The notes: generated from the sequence alone by a model not told the origin. Counted from the stretch's first letter, positions 1 through 15,155 are shown. The stretch is DNA of 64,000 bases from the human T2T-CHM13v2.0 reference genome, Homo sapiens (GCF_009914755.1 NC_060929.1), one strand, 5' to 3'. Made by a program: numbers and translations.

Positions 1-261
1 TAATGTAAGATGTTCCACTCCAGTTATCCAAGTCACACCCAGAAAGGTGGTAGAAAGATAATTATGGAAGCACAGGTGAAAGAAAAGGAAGAGTGAATGA
101 AAGCAGAAAATAAGAAGGGGAAAAAGACAGAAAAATGAAAGCATTGCAAGAGCAAAGAGTTGCCTATGAGGAAAAAAAAAAAGATGAGTGAGAGAAAAGA
201 AATTTAAGATGCTTCTAGGGATCACAAGAAATGGAAACGAACTAAGTTCAAGGAATTAAGG

Positions 262-2536
262 TGGTATGGTTTGGCTCTGTGTCCCCACCCAAATCTCATC
301 TTGATTGTACCCCCATAATTCCCACGTGTTGCAGGAGGGACCCAGTAGGAGATAATTTGAATCATAGGGGTGGTTTCCCCAATACTGTTCTCATGGTAGT
401 GAATAAATCTCATGAGATCTGATGGTTTTATCAGGGGTTTTCACTTTTGCATCTTCCTCATTTTTCTCTTGCCACCGACATGTAAGAAGTGCCTTTCACC
501 TCCCACCATGATTCTGAGGCCTCCCCATCCATGTGGAACTTACTGTAAGTCCAATTAAACTTCTTTTTCTTTCCGGTCTCGGATGTCTTTATCAGGGGCA
601 TGAAAATGGACTAATACAGTAAATTGGTACCAGTAGAGTGGGGCATTAATGAAAACATACCCAAAAATGTGGAAGCGACTTTGGAATTGGGTATCAGGTA
701 GAGGGTGGAACAGTTTGGAGGGCTCAGAATAAGACAGAAATATGTGGGAAAGTTTGGAACCTTCTAGAGACTTGTTGAATGGCTTTGACAAAAACATTGA
801 TAGTGATATGAACAATAAGGTCCAGACTGTGGTGGTCTCAGATAGAGATAAGGAACTTGTTGGGAACTGGAGCAAAGGTGACTCTTTAGCAACGAGACTG
901 GCAGCATTTTGCTCCTGCCCTAGAGATTTGTGGAACTTTGAACTTGAGAGAGATCATTTAGGGTATCTGGAAATTTCTAAGCAGCAAAACATTTACAAGG
1001 TGACTTGGATGCTATTAAAAAGCATTCTGTTTTAAAAAGGAAATAGAGCAAAAAAGTTCAGAAAATTTGCAGCCTGATGATGCAGTGGAAAAGAAAAACC
1101 CATTTTTTTGAGAAGAAATTCAAGCTGGCTGCAGAAATTTGCATAAGTAACAAGGAGTCAAATGTTAATCCCCAAGACAATGGGGAAAATGTCTCCAGGG
1201 CATGTCATAGGTCTTCATGGCAACCCCTCCAATCACAGACCCAGAAGCCTAGAAGGAAAAAATGGTTTCGTGGGCTGGGCCCAGGGTTCTCATGCTGTGT
1301 GCAGCCTAGCGACTTGGTGCCCTGCATCCCAGCCACTCCAGCTGTTGCTAAAAGGGGACAGGGTAAAGGTCAGCCATGGTTTAAGGGGGTGCAAGCCCCA
1401 AACCTTGACAGCTTCCATGTGGTGTTGAGCCTGCAGGTACACAGAAGTCAAGAATTGAGGTTTGGGAACCTCCACCTAGATTTCAGAAGAAGTATCAAAA
1501 TGTCTGGATGCCCAGGCAAAATTTACTGCAGGGACAGGGCCATCATGGAGACCCTCTGCTAGGGCAGTGCAGAAGGGAAATGTGGGCTTGGAGCCCCCAC
1601 ACAGAGTCCCTACTGGGGCACCACCTAGTGGAGCTGTGAGAAGAGGGCCACTGTCCTCCAGACACCAGAATGGTAGATCTACTGACAGCTTGCACTGTGC
1701 ACCTGGAAAAGCTAGACACTCAATGCCAGCCTGTGAAAGCAGCCAGAAGCAGGGGGTTACACCCTGCAAAGCCATAGGGGCAGAGCTGCCCAAGACTATG
1801 GGAACCTACCTCTTAGATCAGCATAACTTGGATATGAGACATGGAGTCAAAGGAGATCATTTTGGAGCTTTAGAATCTGACTGCACCGCTGGATTTCATA
1901 CTGGCATGGGAACTGTAACCCCTTTGTTTTGGCCAATTTCTCCTATTTGGAATGGCTGTATTCACCAAATACCTGCACCCCCATTGTATCTAGAAAGTAA
2001 CTAGCTTGCTTTTAATTTTACAGGGTCATAGGCAGAAGGGACTTGCCTTGTCTCCAATGAGACTTTGGACTGTGGACTTTCGGGTTAATGCTGAAATGAT
2101 TTAAGACTTTGGGGGACTGTAGGAAGGCATGATTGGTTTTGAAATGTGAGGACATGAGATTTGGGAGGGGCCAGGGGCAGAATGATAAGGTTTGGCTCTG
2201 TGTCCCCACTCAAATCTCATCTTGAACTGTACTCCCATAATTCCTACGTGTTGTGGAAGGGACCCTGTGGGAGATCATTTGTATCATGGCTGTGGTTTCC
2301 CCCTACTGTTCTCGTGATAGTAAGTAAGTTTATGAGATCTGATGGTTTTATCAGGGGTTTCTGCTTTTACATCTTCCTAATTTTTCTCTTGATGCTGCCA
2401 TGTAAGAAGTGTGTTTCACTGCCTACCTGATTCTGAGGCCTCCCCAGCCATGTGGAACTGTAAGTCCAATTAAACCTCTTTGTCTTCCCAGTCTTGGGCA
2501 TGTACTTTATCAGCAGTGTGAAAATGGACTAATACA
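262..2536 (+). mobile_element. Full-length THE1A-type MaLR provirus (5' LTR 262-618, internal 619-2182, 3' LTR 2183-2536)
   Basis: Two similar LTRs (tg.ta.ggtttggctctgtgtcccca...ggactaataca) flank a THE1 internal region. Perfect 5-bp TSD TAAGG at 257-261 and 2537-2541. The 'ttttatcaggggttt..cttttgc' segment resembles THE1A. Confidence 0.93.
742..2004 (+). pseudogene. Broken remnant of the MaLR (THE1) internal ORF
   Basis: ORF pieces 742-1035, 1077-1562 and 1567-2004 (MWESLE..RDLLNGFD; KGNVGLEPPHRVPTG) recur at homologous positions in the MST provirus at 10-12 kb. Interrupted by stops and frameshifts. Confidence 0.7.
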
Positions 2537-2804
2537 TAAGGTGACCTTAGGAAGAGAGGAAATGGAATATGATGGGATAATTCATTCATTTATTAAGAAT
2601 CCTCGATGTACTGTGTGCTAAGCACCATGACAGATCTTTTCTATAAGGTAAAGTAAAATATTGTTTCAGATTTCAAAAGACTTACAGTATGTTGTAAATA
2701 TTAGTTCTAGCTAAGAATGAACTTGAAATATTCTGATTAGAGTTAGATGTATTGTCTGCTGTTGCACTGGCCCTTATCATTACATGAAGAAAAAAAAATT
2801 GTGA

Positions 2805-3110
<306 letters not shown>

Positions 3111-3464
3111 TGAATGACTACTTTTTAAAAGGCAAGACAACAGAGGCTGCTTAAAACAACAAATAATCACGAAATTATAGCAGGTTTCTGTATATAAAAT
3201 ATGATTAAATGGCACCAGGAAAGCCTTTATTGCCCTACATTTTCCCTTTGAAAGTGCTTCAATTTTTCTACGTTTTCAATCCATTCTTATAGCCCAGAAA
3301 AGTAGGAAGAAACATCCTTTTCCTGTCCCGTCTCAGGTTTCCATTTGTCCACAAAATAAGCACCACTAACTTCTTGTATGTAATGGGTTGAAGCATCCAA
3401 ACTTCCTTCCATTTCTCATTTGCTTTTCCTATGTGAGAAGTGATTGATCTCGCTGAGCAGACTG

Positions 3465-4137
<673 letters not shown>

Positions 4138-5869
4138 GACAGTATGAATATGACTCCTGTTAATTCCTATTTTTCTATCAGGTGGGGTTATGTACTAAAC
4201 ATCTCTGTGTATGTATGGCCTCTCCTCCCTATTCCAGCTCTTAGTAGGCATGAGATATATAGCTGATTGAGTGAGCCTTCTCTGCAAACTGACACTCCCA
4301 CATTGGGGTCTTAAGATGTGAACTTGGCAATGTGGTGAGGAATGCGGGTGGAGGAAGCATTTTACCAGATCCAGGCCAAACCCTCCAGTTCAGCTTTAGC
4401 TGCAATAAAGTGGTATTGGTCTCTATCTGACCCCTACACATATTTTTCAATTAGTCTAGTGTGTTATCATCGTCTTTAAACCATAAGGACACTTTAGCTC
4501 AAATGAGCCTTCTATGTGGAAAGAGTGGCTAATTAAGCTCACGTGTGCCATTAATTCCTTGGTTTGAATGAGTACATAAGTTTCCTTCTAGAGAACAGGA
4601 CCTAGAGGTTCTGTGGGGCAGAGAGAAAGGGAAGGCTGGAAGCTCCTCATGCTATGTTGGTGTCCTGCAATGAGGAAGGGGGTAGAGTTACTGAATAAGA
4701 AAAGAGAGACACAAGAGGGGGCGAGAGGACAGAAAAATCACACTATGCCATCAATACTTTCTTTACGAAAAGCTCTCATTTTAAGTGTTAACTAGTATCC
4801 CTTCCTAATAGATCCTTAGAGAACCTTGTCCCAGGGAAATTCATAAGCACTGTATTGAGATAACAATAACCACTTATTGCAAAGGGAGAGTTGCCCCTAC
4901 CCCAGCAATAAACAAACAAAAGGAAATAAAACATTGAACAGATTATTTTATGTTCCTCTAAAGTTTTTCCTTTACCAAATTTATTTACTTTTGTGTTGAT
5001 ACAGAGAGCAGGTATCGTGTTAACCAATTTTTACAGATGAAGACCTTGAGGACTGGAGAAATTAAGGATATGGTTAAGCAATGATGAAACCATGATTCAA
5101 GTACAGTTCCATCTATTCATTTCTAAAGCCCTTTCCCCTGCAGGATGTCATGCCATGGTCTTGCTTTAATACTTCATTGCTATTCCCTGTTTCTGAACTG
5201 GCAAGTTACTCATCTCCTTTTTTTAAAAAAAAAATACCATACAAATATATGGTCTCACTGAGGCCTTATATAAATTAAAAGACATCTTAGAGCACAAAGT
5301 ATTTGAACTAAGGAGGCTGACCAGGACGGCTGAGACTGGGGAAACTCATCTAACAGTATGTATCATTGGAATTCTGCCTCAGTCCTGTCTGAGGCTCCAT
5401 AGCAATGGTGCTGGCTTCTCTTCCCCTGCACTCACATTCACTCTAAAGTGCTTGGCCACCTTGCAGGAGGTGCAAGGAAGGTGACCTAAAATTCTTAGCA
5501 CTCACCTACCACAAGGTTATTAAGAAGCTGAAGTTGAAGATGCTTTTGAAAATTGCAAGGAATTTTGGGGGAAGTTGTTGCTCTGTTAGTCTATCTATAC
5601 CTTAGTGGGAGAACATGAGAAAACAGAGAGGTGAGGTAAAGTGTGTGTAAAGGAAGAGCATGTGATGCTGACTCTATTCTGCAGTGCTGGATTCAGAGCC
5701 CAAAGCAAGAAGGATCAGAAAGAGGTGAATCTTTGACTGAGATGAAGGTGTATTGATGAATATACTGAATTGAACATATTAATTACTGCACTGAAACCAC
5801 CCTTGAGAACAAACTTACTGTAGCAGCATCTCCTCACTAGTACCCATAATTCCTTCATCTATGAGACTT

Positions 5870-6620
5870 CTCCAGTGATTCCTTGATGGTTCCATGCCCA
5901 GATCAACTTAATGATGTCTTTCTTGGCTCCTATTTCTAGGATGTGATGCATTACAAACCTACACTCATTATTTTGTCTTACCTGCCTGTTCCTCTAGTAG
6001 TCTCAGTTTCAGTTTACAACATCATCATCTACATGATGTCCCAAAATGGAAATCTCAGTCTATCCACAATCCCTACTTTCTACTCACTCCCATATCTAAT
6101 AAGTGTAAAGGAAAGTAAAAGCAAAGGGAAATCCAACTCTCAAATCTAGTGCCTCCACCACCCCCCTTGTTTCCTCATTCTCTATGCCTGGAAAATTACA
6201 ATAACCTCCTAACCAAACTTAGTCATCAGCTTCTCCCCACTCTAATGTGCCTCCAGAAAGCAGGATTGATTAAGCTCTCAACTGATGCTTAATACTCTAT
6301 AAAATACAGCCAAAACTCCTTAGTAGAACACCAGCCTATCTCTTTAGTTTCACTTTTTATCCCTTCTTTAATCACTGAACTCCTTCCTTTTGGTCAAGCA
6401 TGGCTCACCCTATCTTGACTCCGAGGTTCCCTGGATGCCCTTTCTTCTGTTGTTATGCACTTCTCCCATTTCAACTTGGAAAACCCAGCTTCTTTTGAAG
6501 ATCCAGTGGGACTATTACCAGTTGTAAAACCTGGTCTCACATCCTCTTTGTGCTTACTGAGCACTATTGTACATGATTCCATGTACACATTATATTTTAA
6601 TTATTAATTGTTTGTCTCCT
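5870..6620 (+). mobile_element. Degraded L2 fragment (approximate limits)
   Basis: C/T-rich L2-like phrases (tctatgcctggaaaattacaataacctcctaac). Confidence 0.5.
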
Positions 6621-7356
6621 TTTGCCCATAATCTGTAGGATCACAGCCACAAGTCACAAAAATGGAATCTTTCAGATTTAAGAAACAAAAAGGAAAATAT
6701 ATTGGGTAGTTGTTAGAATTCTCTGAAAGTCAAAGAACCAGGCTTCAAACAGTCTTGAGTATGTAGGTCTGCACAGCAGTAAGGATCACAGATAATATTA
6801 TGTAACAGAACCAATCAGGAAAGGACTCTGCTGACATCATATTGAACAAAGGACACCATAGTTTACAGCCAGTTCTGAATAATAGATTCCCCTACTGGAA
6901 CTACTGCTATCAATGCCAATATGTATTTACTCATGTATTTGTCTATTGCTAGAAGGTTAGGTCTGGAGGACTTCACATGTTGTTTTGTTCCCTGTGGTAT
7001 ACCCAGAGCCTAGCACAGTGCCTGGCTTAAAATAGTGTTCGTGAATAGTATTTATATGTGTATATTTTCCTCTGCTTCTGCTTCTTTGCTCAATTAGCTT
7101 CTATTTCAAAGACCAGAGTAGGTGCATCTCATTGGTTGAGCCTAGGTCATGTGCCCAACCCCTCACTGCAAGGAAAGCTAGAAAAGCAAGTTTCTGGGGT
7201 TTTTAACAGTTATAGTGAGAGATGAATTCTGCCTCTCGATAAGATGAATGTAGACGATTAGAAAAGTTTCAAATAATGCAAATATCCACTAAAACTACTA
7301 GATACGTTTAAAACTTAGTTATTCAATTGTAATAACCCCATTGCTCAAAAGACCGA

Positions 7357-7442
7357 GGTGGCCACTGGCTTCTACATTGAACAGTGCTGATATAGAACAT
7401 TTTCATTATCACACAATATTCTATTGAACAGTATTGGCCTAG
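7357..7442. mobile_element. MER3/MER33-like hAT MITE fragment
   Basis: gtggccactggc...tagaacattttcattatcac...ttctattgaacag matches the MER3-like copies at 37.8, 53.0 and 56.0 kb. Confidence 0.6.
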
Positions 7443-8661
7443 ACAAAACCCCTAATTTTATTAATGTGTAAAGTGAGGACCCTGGAGGTTAAATGGTGTA
7501 TCAAGGTCACACAGCCAGCTAGTATCCAGTTCAAAATTAGATACCAAATTTCCTGACTCCATGTTTATTCCTCTATCACTACTTATTGTCTTTCAACTTA
7601 CAGTTGTAAATGTTATGTTTATTTTGGTTCATTTCCTCAATTTGTCAAAAGCTTTTTGATTCCAAAGTCTGTGGTTTGTTGTGTTAGATTGCAGAATCGA
7701 AAAGTTTTAATGAAAAGCTTTCATGGCTATAAAGACCATTAGTAGCAGAGCCTGGATTAGAACCAGTGTTCACTGACTCCTAGTCTTCAAATGATTTGTT
7801 GCATAGAATGTTGAGAGAAAAAATCTTGAAGTTTTTAATTTAGCCAGTCATAGAAAGGGGACTAAACTCATGTACCACACAAATGGTGAGAGAGAAGATA
7901 CCAGTTCGTTTTCAGCAATGGTCGTCTGAATTCCTGCCAATATCTACAGAGTGGCAGGGGCAATTTCAGCTACAGTTAAGAAGTTGATCTCTGACATGAA
8001 ACACTACTTTTCAAGCATTTCCCAAAGGCTTGAAAAGTAGCTAGACAAACAGATTCAAAAGAAATATTGACAACCATGGGAACTCAAAGACTGACTTTCT
8101 TACTGCTTGCGGACACACTCACTGCACCCCTAATGACTATGAAAGCTGCAGAGAACACACCTGGTCTCTTAGGTGGCACTGTGGAGGCTCAAAGGAAGGC
8201 ATCAGCCCCAGCAAGATTCTCATGCTTCTATCATAAACCCAAAGTGAGTGGGTACCAGCTGCCATAGACTGCTAGGTTACCAGCACTCTGAGGGTGATTC
8301 TGAGGGATGAAGATTCAAATATTTTACTTTTCTGCCTTGTTTTTTTAGTAGGATTAGGAAGCTACTCTTCATACTGCCTGGAATAAATTATGATATCTAG
8401 AAACACTTATTTTATGCTCTCCAAATAGTACACAGCACAATGCTAAAAGAATGTAAGTGAATGGTACACCCAGCCTCTGACAGCTGAAGCTTTTGATCCT
8501 CAGCAGACCACATAGACATCATCTAAATAAGAATAGACATCATCTGAATAAGAATAAGGACAGACATCCCAGCTCATATCTCAAGCCTCTGCCTCTTCTG
8601 GTTCCTCACTATTTGGTGAGATGTGCCTCACCCTATATTTTAAAAATATTTTCTAGCTATT

Positions 8662-8940
8662 GGCTTGGCGTGATGGCTCACATATGTAATCCCAGCACTT
8701 TGGGAGACCAAGACAGGTAGATCACTTGAGGCCAGGAGTTTGAGACCAGCCTGGGAAACATGGAAAAACTCTGTCTCTACCAAAAATGCAAAGATTAGCT
8801 GGGTGTGGTGGCACACGCCTGTAGTTCTAGCTACCTGGGGGGCTGAGGCATGAGAATTGCTTGAACATGGGAGGCGGAAGCTTCAGTGAGTGGAGATCAT
8901 GCCACTGCACTCCAGCCTGGGGGACAGAGTGAAACTCCTC
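8662..8940 (+). mobile_element. Alu (old AluS/J) lacking its A-tail
   Basis: Complete dimer body to 'gacagagtgaaactcc', with no poly-A afterwards. Confidence 0.93.
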
Positions 8941-8989
8941 ATTCTTTACATATCTTGAAGGCAGGGAATGAGGCTCATTCTTTTTATCT

Positions 8990-9320
8990 GTTGTTCATTC
9001 AATACTATTCATGAACACTATTTAAGTCAGGCACTATGCTAGGCTCTGGATATACCACAGGGAACAAAACAACATGTGAAGTGCTCCAGAGCTAACATTC
9101 TAGCAATAGACAAATAAATGAGTAAATACCCAGATAGAAGTACACAAATAGGAATAAGGGGTGATGAAGGCACATGCTGCTTTAGAGAGGATGGCCAAGG
9201 AAAGTATTTCAGATGAGACTACAGAAACCTGAGTAAAGTGAGGAAGTACATCATACATGTGTGTCTGGAAGAAGAGCTTTTCAGGCAGAGGAAAGAGCAA
9301 GGGGCTGATTCCACATGTAT
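8990..9320 (-). mobile_element. L2 3' fragment
   Basis: ttcattcaa...tcaggcactatgctaggctctggatatac is typical of the L2 3' end in reverse. Confidence 0.6.
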
Positions 9321-10012
9321 CCACAAACATAACATGACTACTTGTTACCTAATATGTACCTTACACAAAGGAGAGGGATGAGAAGACACAGATTCTGCAG
9401 ACCAGAAGATCAAACAAATACAAAGACTAAAACAATAGGAAAATGGAGAAGAAATTGACTACCTACCCACAGAAGCATCTCCAATCCTGCTACACAGTAT
9501 CTCTCAGATATGTGTGGCTCTTCTTTACACCACATAAATGCCTCACCATAAAACCACTAATACAATCCGTGCACCTTAAATATCAAAGCATATTTAAATT
9601 CACTCGACTGTACATATTTAAAGTCTAAGAACAGTTCAAAATATCATTTCCACAGCCCTTACTATCACCAGCCCCTTAAAGGGAAATTAAGAGGGTAAGG
9701 CAAAGCACTTCTCTATTTAGTGTGGTGAATTACCTCAGCAAAATAATGATGGAAGCAAAAACAATCACAAAGAAGATAGGCCAAGTTCCATTTCAACTGG
9801 AAAAGATCAGGGAAATATAGCACTGAGACTTGCTCATGTTTAAACTAAGGCAAGAACATTTGAAAGGCCTTCAGGTGCTCAACAGTTCTCCAGTCTAAAA
9901 CAATTTTGGAGGAGAATCCAGAGGCTTAAAAGACTGGGAACCAGGGGATTAGAGGATGATGAAGAGGGAAGATAAATGACAGTGACAACATACTAAAATT
10001 GTTAGCAATAAT

Positions 10013-12265
10013 TGTATTAGTCCATTCTCACACTTCTATAAAGAAATATGCAAGACTGGGTAATTCATAAGGGAAAGAGGTTTAATTGACTCACAGTTCT
10101 GCTTGGCTGGGGAGGCCTCAGGAAACTTACAATCATGGTGGAAGGGGAAGCAGACATGTCTTACAGGATGGCAGGAGAGAGAAGAGTGAAGGAGGAACTT
10201 TCAAACACTTATAAAACCATCAGATCTCATGAGAAGTCACTCACTATCACAAGAAATACTGAGTTGGGAGAGGACTACCCCCATGATCCAATCACTTCCC
10301 TGCCTCAACTTGTGGGGATTACAATTCAAGATGAGATTTGGATGGGGACACAGAGCCAAACTGTATATTTCTGCCCTGGCCTCTCCCAAATCTCATGTCT
10401 TTTCACATTTCAAAACAATAGTGCCTTCCCAACAATCCCCCAAGTCTTAACTCATTTCAGTATTAATTCAAAAGTCCACAAATGAAAGTCTCATCTGAAA
10501 CAAGGCAAGTCCCTTCTGCCTATGAACCTGTAAAATCAAAAGCAAACTGGTTATTTCTGAGTTATAGTGGAAATAGAGACATTGGGTGACTCCCATTCCA
10601 AACTGGGAAATTGGCCAAATTTGCAAGGGGCTACAGGCCCATGCAAGTCTGAAGTCTGGCAAGGTATTCATTAAATCTTAAAGCTTCAAAATGATCTCCT
10701 TTGACTCCATGTCTCATATCTAAGGCATTCTGATGCAAGAGGTGGGCTCTCACAGCCTTGGGCAGCTCCACTCCTGTGGTTTTGCAGGGCTGGTGCCCCC
10801 AGCCCATCCCTGGCTGCTTTCATGTCTAGCATTGAGTGTCTGCAGCTTCTCCGGGCACATGGTGCAAGCTGTTGGTGTATCTCTTATCCTGGGGTCTGGA
10901 GGACAGTGGCCCTCTTCTTACACCTCCACTAGGCAGTACCCCAGTGGGCACTCTGTGTGGGGGGTCAAGCCCCACATTTCCCTTCCACACTGCCCTAACA
11001 GAGGTTTTCTCTGAGGGCTCCACCTTCATAGCAAACTGCTGCCTGGACATCCAGGTATTTCCATACATCCTCTGAAATCTAGACGGAGGTTCCCAAACCT
11101 CAATTCTTGAATTCTGTGCACCTGCAGGCCTAATATCACATGGAAGCCACCAAGGCTTGGGTCTTGCACCCTCTGAAGCAATGGTCCGAGCTGTGCCTTA
11201 GCCCCTTTTAGCCAAGGCTGGAGTTGATGTGGCTGGGATGCATTACACCAAGTTCTGAGGTTCCATAAAGCAGCACAGCCCTGGGCCTGGCCCACAAAAC
11301 CATTTTTTTCTCCTGGGCCTCCAGGCCTGTGATGGGAGGAATGGCTGTGAAGGTCGCTGACATGCTCTGGAGACCTTTTCCCCATTGTCTTGGTGAATAA
11401 TATTTGGCTCTTAGTTACTTATGCAAATTTCTGCAGCTGACTTGAATTTCTCTCCAGAAACTGGGTTTTTCTTTGCTCATGATCAGGCTGCAAATTTTCC
11501 AAATTTTATGCTCTGCTTCCTCTTGAATGCTTTGCTGCTTAGAAATTTCTTCCATCAGATACTCTAAATCATCTCTCTTAAGTTCAAAGTCCCACAGATC
11601 TTTAGGGCAGGGTCAAAATGCCGCCAGTCTTTTTGCATAGCAAGAGTAACCTTTACTCCAGTTCCCAACAAGTTCCTTATCCTCAACTGAGATCACCTCA
11701 GCCTGGACCTTATTGTTAAGACGCCTATTAGCATTTGGGTCAAAGCCATTCAGCAAGTCTCTGGGAAGTTCCAAACTTTCCCATATCTTCCTGTCTTCTT
11801 CTGAGCCCTCCAAACTGTTCCAACCTCTGCCTGTTACCCAGTTCCAAAGTTGCTTCCACATCTTCAGGTTATCTTTATAGCAGTGCCCCACTCTCTGCAG
11901 TACCAATTTACTGTATGAGTGAGTACATTCTCAGACTGCTATAAAGAAATACCCAAGACTGGGTAATTTATAAACCAAAGCAGTTTAATTGACTCACATT
12001 CCACCTGTCTGGGGAGGCCTCAGGAAACTTACAAGCATGGTGGAAGGGGAAGTAGGCACATCTTACATGGTGGCAGGAGTGAGAACAGTGAAGGAGGAAC
12101 TTCCAAACACTTGTAAAACCAGCAGATCTCATGAGAATGCACTCACTGTCATGAGAACCGTGTGGGGGAAACTGCCCCCATGATCCAATCACCTCACTCC
12201 CTTGACACGTTGGGATTACAATTCACAATTAGATTTGGGTGGGGACACGGAGCCAAACCATATCA
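10013..12265 (-). mobile_element. Full-length MST-type (MSTA-like) MaLR provirus (LTRs about 10013-10367 and 11912-12265)
   Basis: Two LTRs plus an internal region homologous in reverse to the THE1 internal region. Perfect TSD ATAAT at 10008-10012 and 12266-12270. Confidence 0.93.
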
Positions 12266-12434
12266 ATAATTAATAACAAAAAATTGTTAACAACAAAAAA
12301 TAGAGCATTCTAAAGAACAAAAGTATAAGTGCAGGTACTGGAAACAAAAAGAAAAGGACCACTATTTTGTTTAATACCTATTTATAAGGTCTGTGCATTA
12401 ATAAGAAGATGGTAGTCCTATATATATGTATGTA

Positions 12435-13097
12435 TGATACATCAAGAATCCAACCAATTCTCTGTCACTACAACCACTGCTACCACCTGGTCCAAGCTAC
12501 CACTGTCTCACCTGAGTTATTTAAATAGTCTCCTCTATTATCCCCCACTTCTGTCTTTAACTGGTCATTCTTCTGCTCATTTTCATTCAGTGGCTTCCCA
12601 TCTCACTCAGGGTAAAAGTCAAAGCCCCTACAGTGGTCTACAGTGGCCTACAGAGCCCTATGTGTTCTGTCTTGCCCCCACATTCTGACTTCATCTTTTT
12701 TTACTCTTCCATAGGATGACTCTATTCCTTCCATACAGTCCCTCTTGCTGGATTTTGAACATACTAGGCATGTTTCTCTATTGGGAATTTTGCTTTCTTC
12801 TCTCATTCTGTTTAAGACAGCTCAAATGCCATTTGTCAGAGATTTTTACCACTTTGTTTGAATAATAACCTACCTTCCCCCCATGTAACCCCATTTTGAC
12901 TTTTATGCCTCCATGTGTCCCTTGCCTTGTTCTACTTTTCCCCTCACAATACCACCTGACATGCTAAATATTTATTTGCTTATTTGTTCATTATTGATCA
13001 TTTCTTATAAGCATATAAACTTCTTGTGTCCAGACTTTATCTATTTTGTTCTAGATGAATGTTTGTTGATGAATGAATGAATGAATGAATGAATGAA
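12435..13097 (+). mobile_element. L2 3' portion ending in (TGAA)n tail
   Basis: ccactgctaccacctggtccaagctaccactgtctcacctgag is L2 ORF2-like. (TGAA)7 at 13070-13097 is the usual L2 terminal repeat. Confidence 0.7.
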
Positions 13098-13249
13098 GAA
13101 AGATAAGGAAATGAGAGCTAGAGTTTCTCAACCTCATAGTTGAGGCAGAAGTAAATCATACACAAAAAGAATCAGAAAGATAAAGAAATTATATTGATGA
13201 TAATGAGGAGGAGGAGGAGGATGGTGGTGATGAGGATGATGATGATAGT

Positions 13250-13480
13250 AACTATTAGTTACTGATCTTTTATTAGGCACTGTCATTGTTTGCAATACCT
13301 CATTTAATTCTCTTGCAACTATACAATGTAGGCCCTATTGTTATCTCAGTTTTCTAAATAAAGAAACTGAGGTTTTGAAGAGTTAGATAACTTGTCCGAG
13401 GATGCACAGTTGGTAAACATAAGAGCAAATTTTTAACTCGTATCTGCCTTCAGAGTCTGCATTTCTAACAGTTAATCTAA
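13250..13480 (-). mobile_element. MIR
   Basis: MIR core 'taaataaagaaactgagg...agttagataacttgtccgagg'. Confidence 0.65.
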
Positions 13481-14770
13481 CATCTCAAGATAACTACAGC
13501 GTTGTTATCTTGGGTCTGCAAAAATAAAACAACAAAACTGAAGGAGTGCCTAAAGCAGGAGTCCAAAAATAAAACCACATTCATAGAGTTAGCAAACTAG
13601 CCTCCTTATTATAATGATAACCTATGATTCTGATTCAATAAGGAATACTAATTAAGAGGCAACAAATTAAAGCAAACGAAAAGGTAACTAACTACACATA
13701 AAATAAAATAACTCTCCAGACTTGAATTATTTAATTCTCACTCTATTTGTGGTATTCCAAGATCTTGGCAAACTGACCTTTTCTCTTAATTTGTCCTCAT
13801 TAGTAGCTCCCAAGTTTACATCATATTTTCCCCCACATTCAGTTTCTTCATGAAATATGTAGGCTTAGCTTCTGGTTCAGTTAGAGTCAACATGCAATCC
13901 CATTTTTCTGCAGCCACTCTATGATTTCATCTTAAGTGAGGGCTGTTGTTTTCTACAAAATAAGTGGGTGATAATTATTTTGTTTTGTTTAGTTTCACAC
14001 TGAGAAGATGAGTGTGAAAAATCTAAAGAGGCAATTATTTTAATAAAATATTTTCTGCACAGTAGAATAGCAGTTTTTAAAATTAAGATACTGGTGAGAT
14101 TGTAGCAATATTCTTACATTCCAGTAGTAGAAGAATGGTTAAGTGGTTATGCTACTTAATATGCAATACAATATACCCATTGGAAGAAATACTCATGGAG
14201 AGTTCACATTCATATGAGGGTATGTTTATGTTGCCCTACTAAATGGAAAAACAGGGTACTAAATTGTATAAATAGTTAAATTTCAACTATAAAATATATG
14301 TGCAGCAAAGAGAGGAGCAGGAAAAAAGAAAATGATTCTCTCTGGGGAATAAATGTAGAATGATAGTTTTCATTCTACATTCTGTATTTCAAAAATAGCT
14401 TATAGAAAGCACAAATTCTTTGCATACATTAAAACTGTTTATTTCATATTTGAGGAATAAATGTGTTGATAGAAAATGCAACATGACTAAAATTCCACCT
14501 ATTTGATCACAGACTATTTTGCCATACTTTCTAATGAGCTAAGAACATCGTTTCAGCATGAAAGTCTCCTTTTCTCTGACATTTAGATAAATAAGTAGAC
14601 AACACATTTTCCTTATTCCAAAGCTTCCTGTTTCTTAAAAAGAAAGAGATAAGGAAGAAAGAAATGAAGGAAGAAAGGACATTTGTGATGAAATGAGCAG
14701 TCATAGTTTCTACACTGGCTGTGTGAATCTGGGCAAGAAACCAGATTCTTGTCACTTTGGTTTTGCCATC

Positions 14771-15155
14771 TGATATTGTTTGGCTGTGTCCCCACGCAAA
14801 TCTCATCTTGAACTGTACCTCCTATAAGTCACATCTTGAACTGTACCTCCCCATATGTCATGGGAGGGTCCTGGTGGGAAGTAATTGAATCGGGGGGGTG
14901 ATTTATCCCATGCTGTTCTCGTATTAGTGAATAAGTCTCACGAGATCTTATGGTTTTATAAGGGGCAGTTCCCCTGCACACGCTCTCTTGCCTGCTGCCA
15001 CGTAAGATATGACTTTGCTTCTCCTTCACTTTCCCATCATGATTATAAGGCCTCCCCAGCCATGTGGACCTATGAGTTCATTAAATCTCTTTTTCTTTAT
15101 AAATTACCCAGTCTCAGATATGTCTTTATTAGCAGCATGAGAGCAGACTAATACA
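14771..15155 (+). mobile_element. Solo THE1B LTR with an internal 19-bp duplication
   Basis: tgatattgtttggctgtgtcc...gcagactaataca with the THE1B-type 'gttcccctgcacacgctctcttgcc' segment. TSD CCATC/CCATG. Confidence 0.9.

Noticed and set aside
555-2621. Cluster of 60-160 aa ORFs as genes (also 10135-12192 and 30763-32975)
   Set aside because: All lie within THE1/MST proviruses and are fragments or alternative frames of the decayed internal ORF and LTRs.
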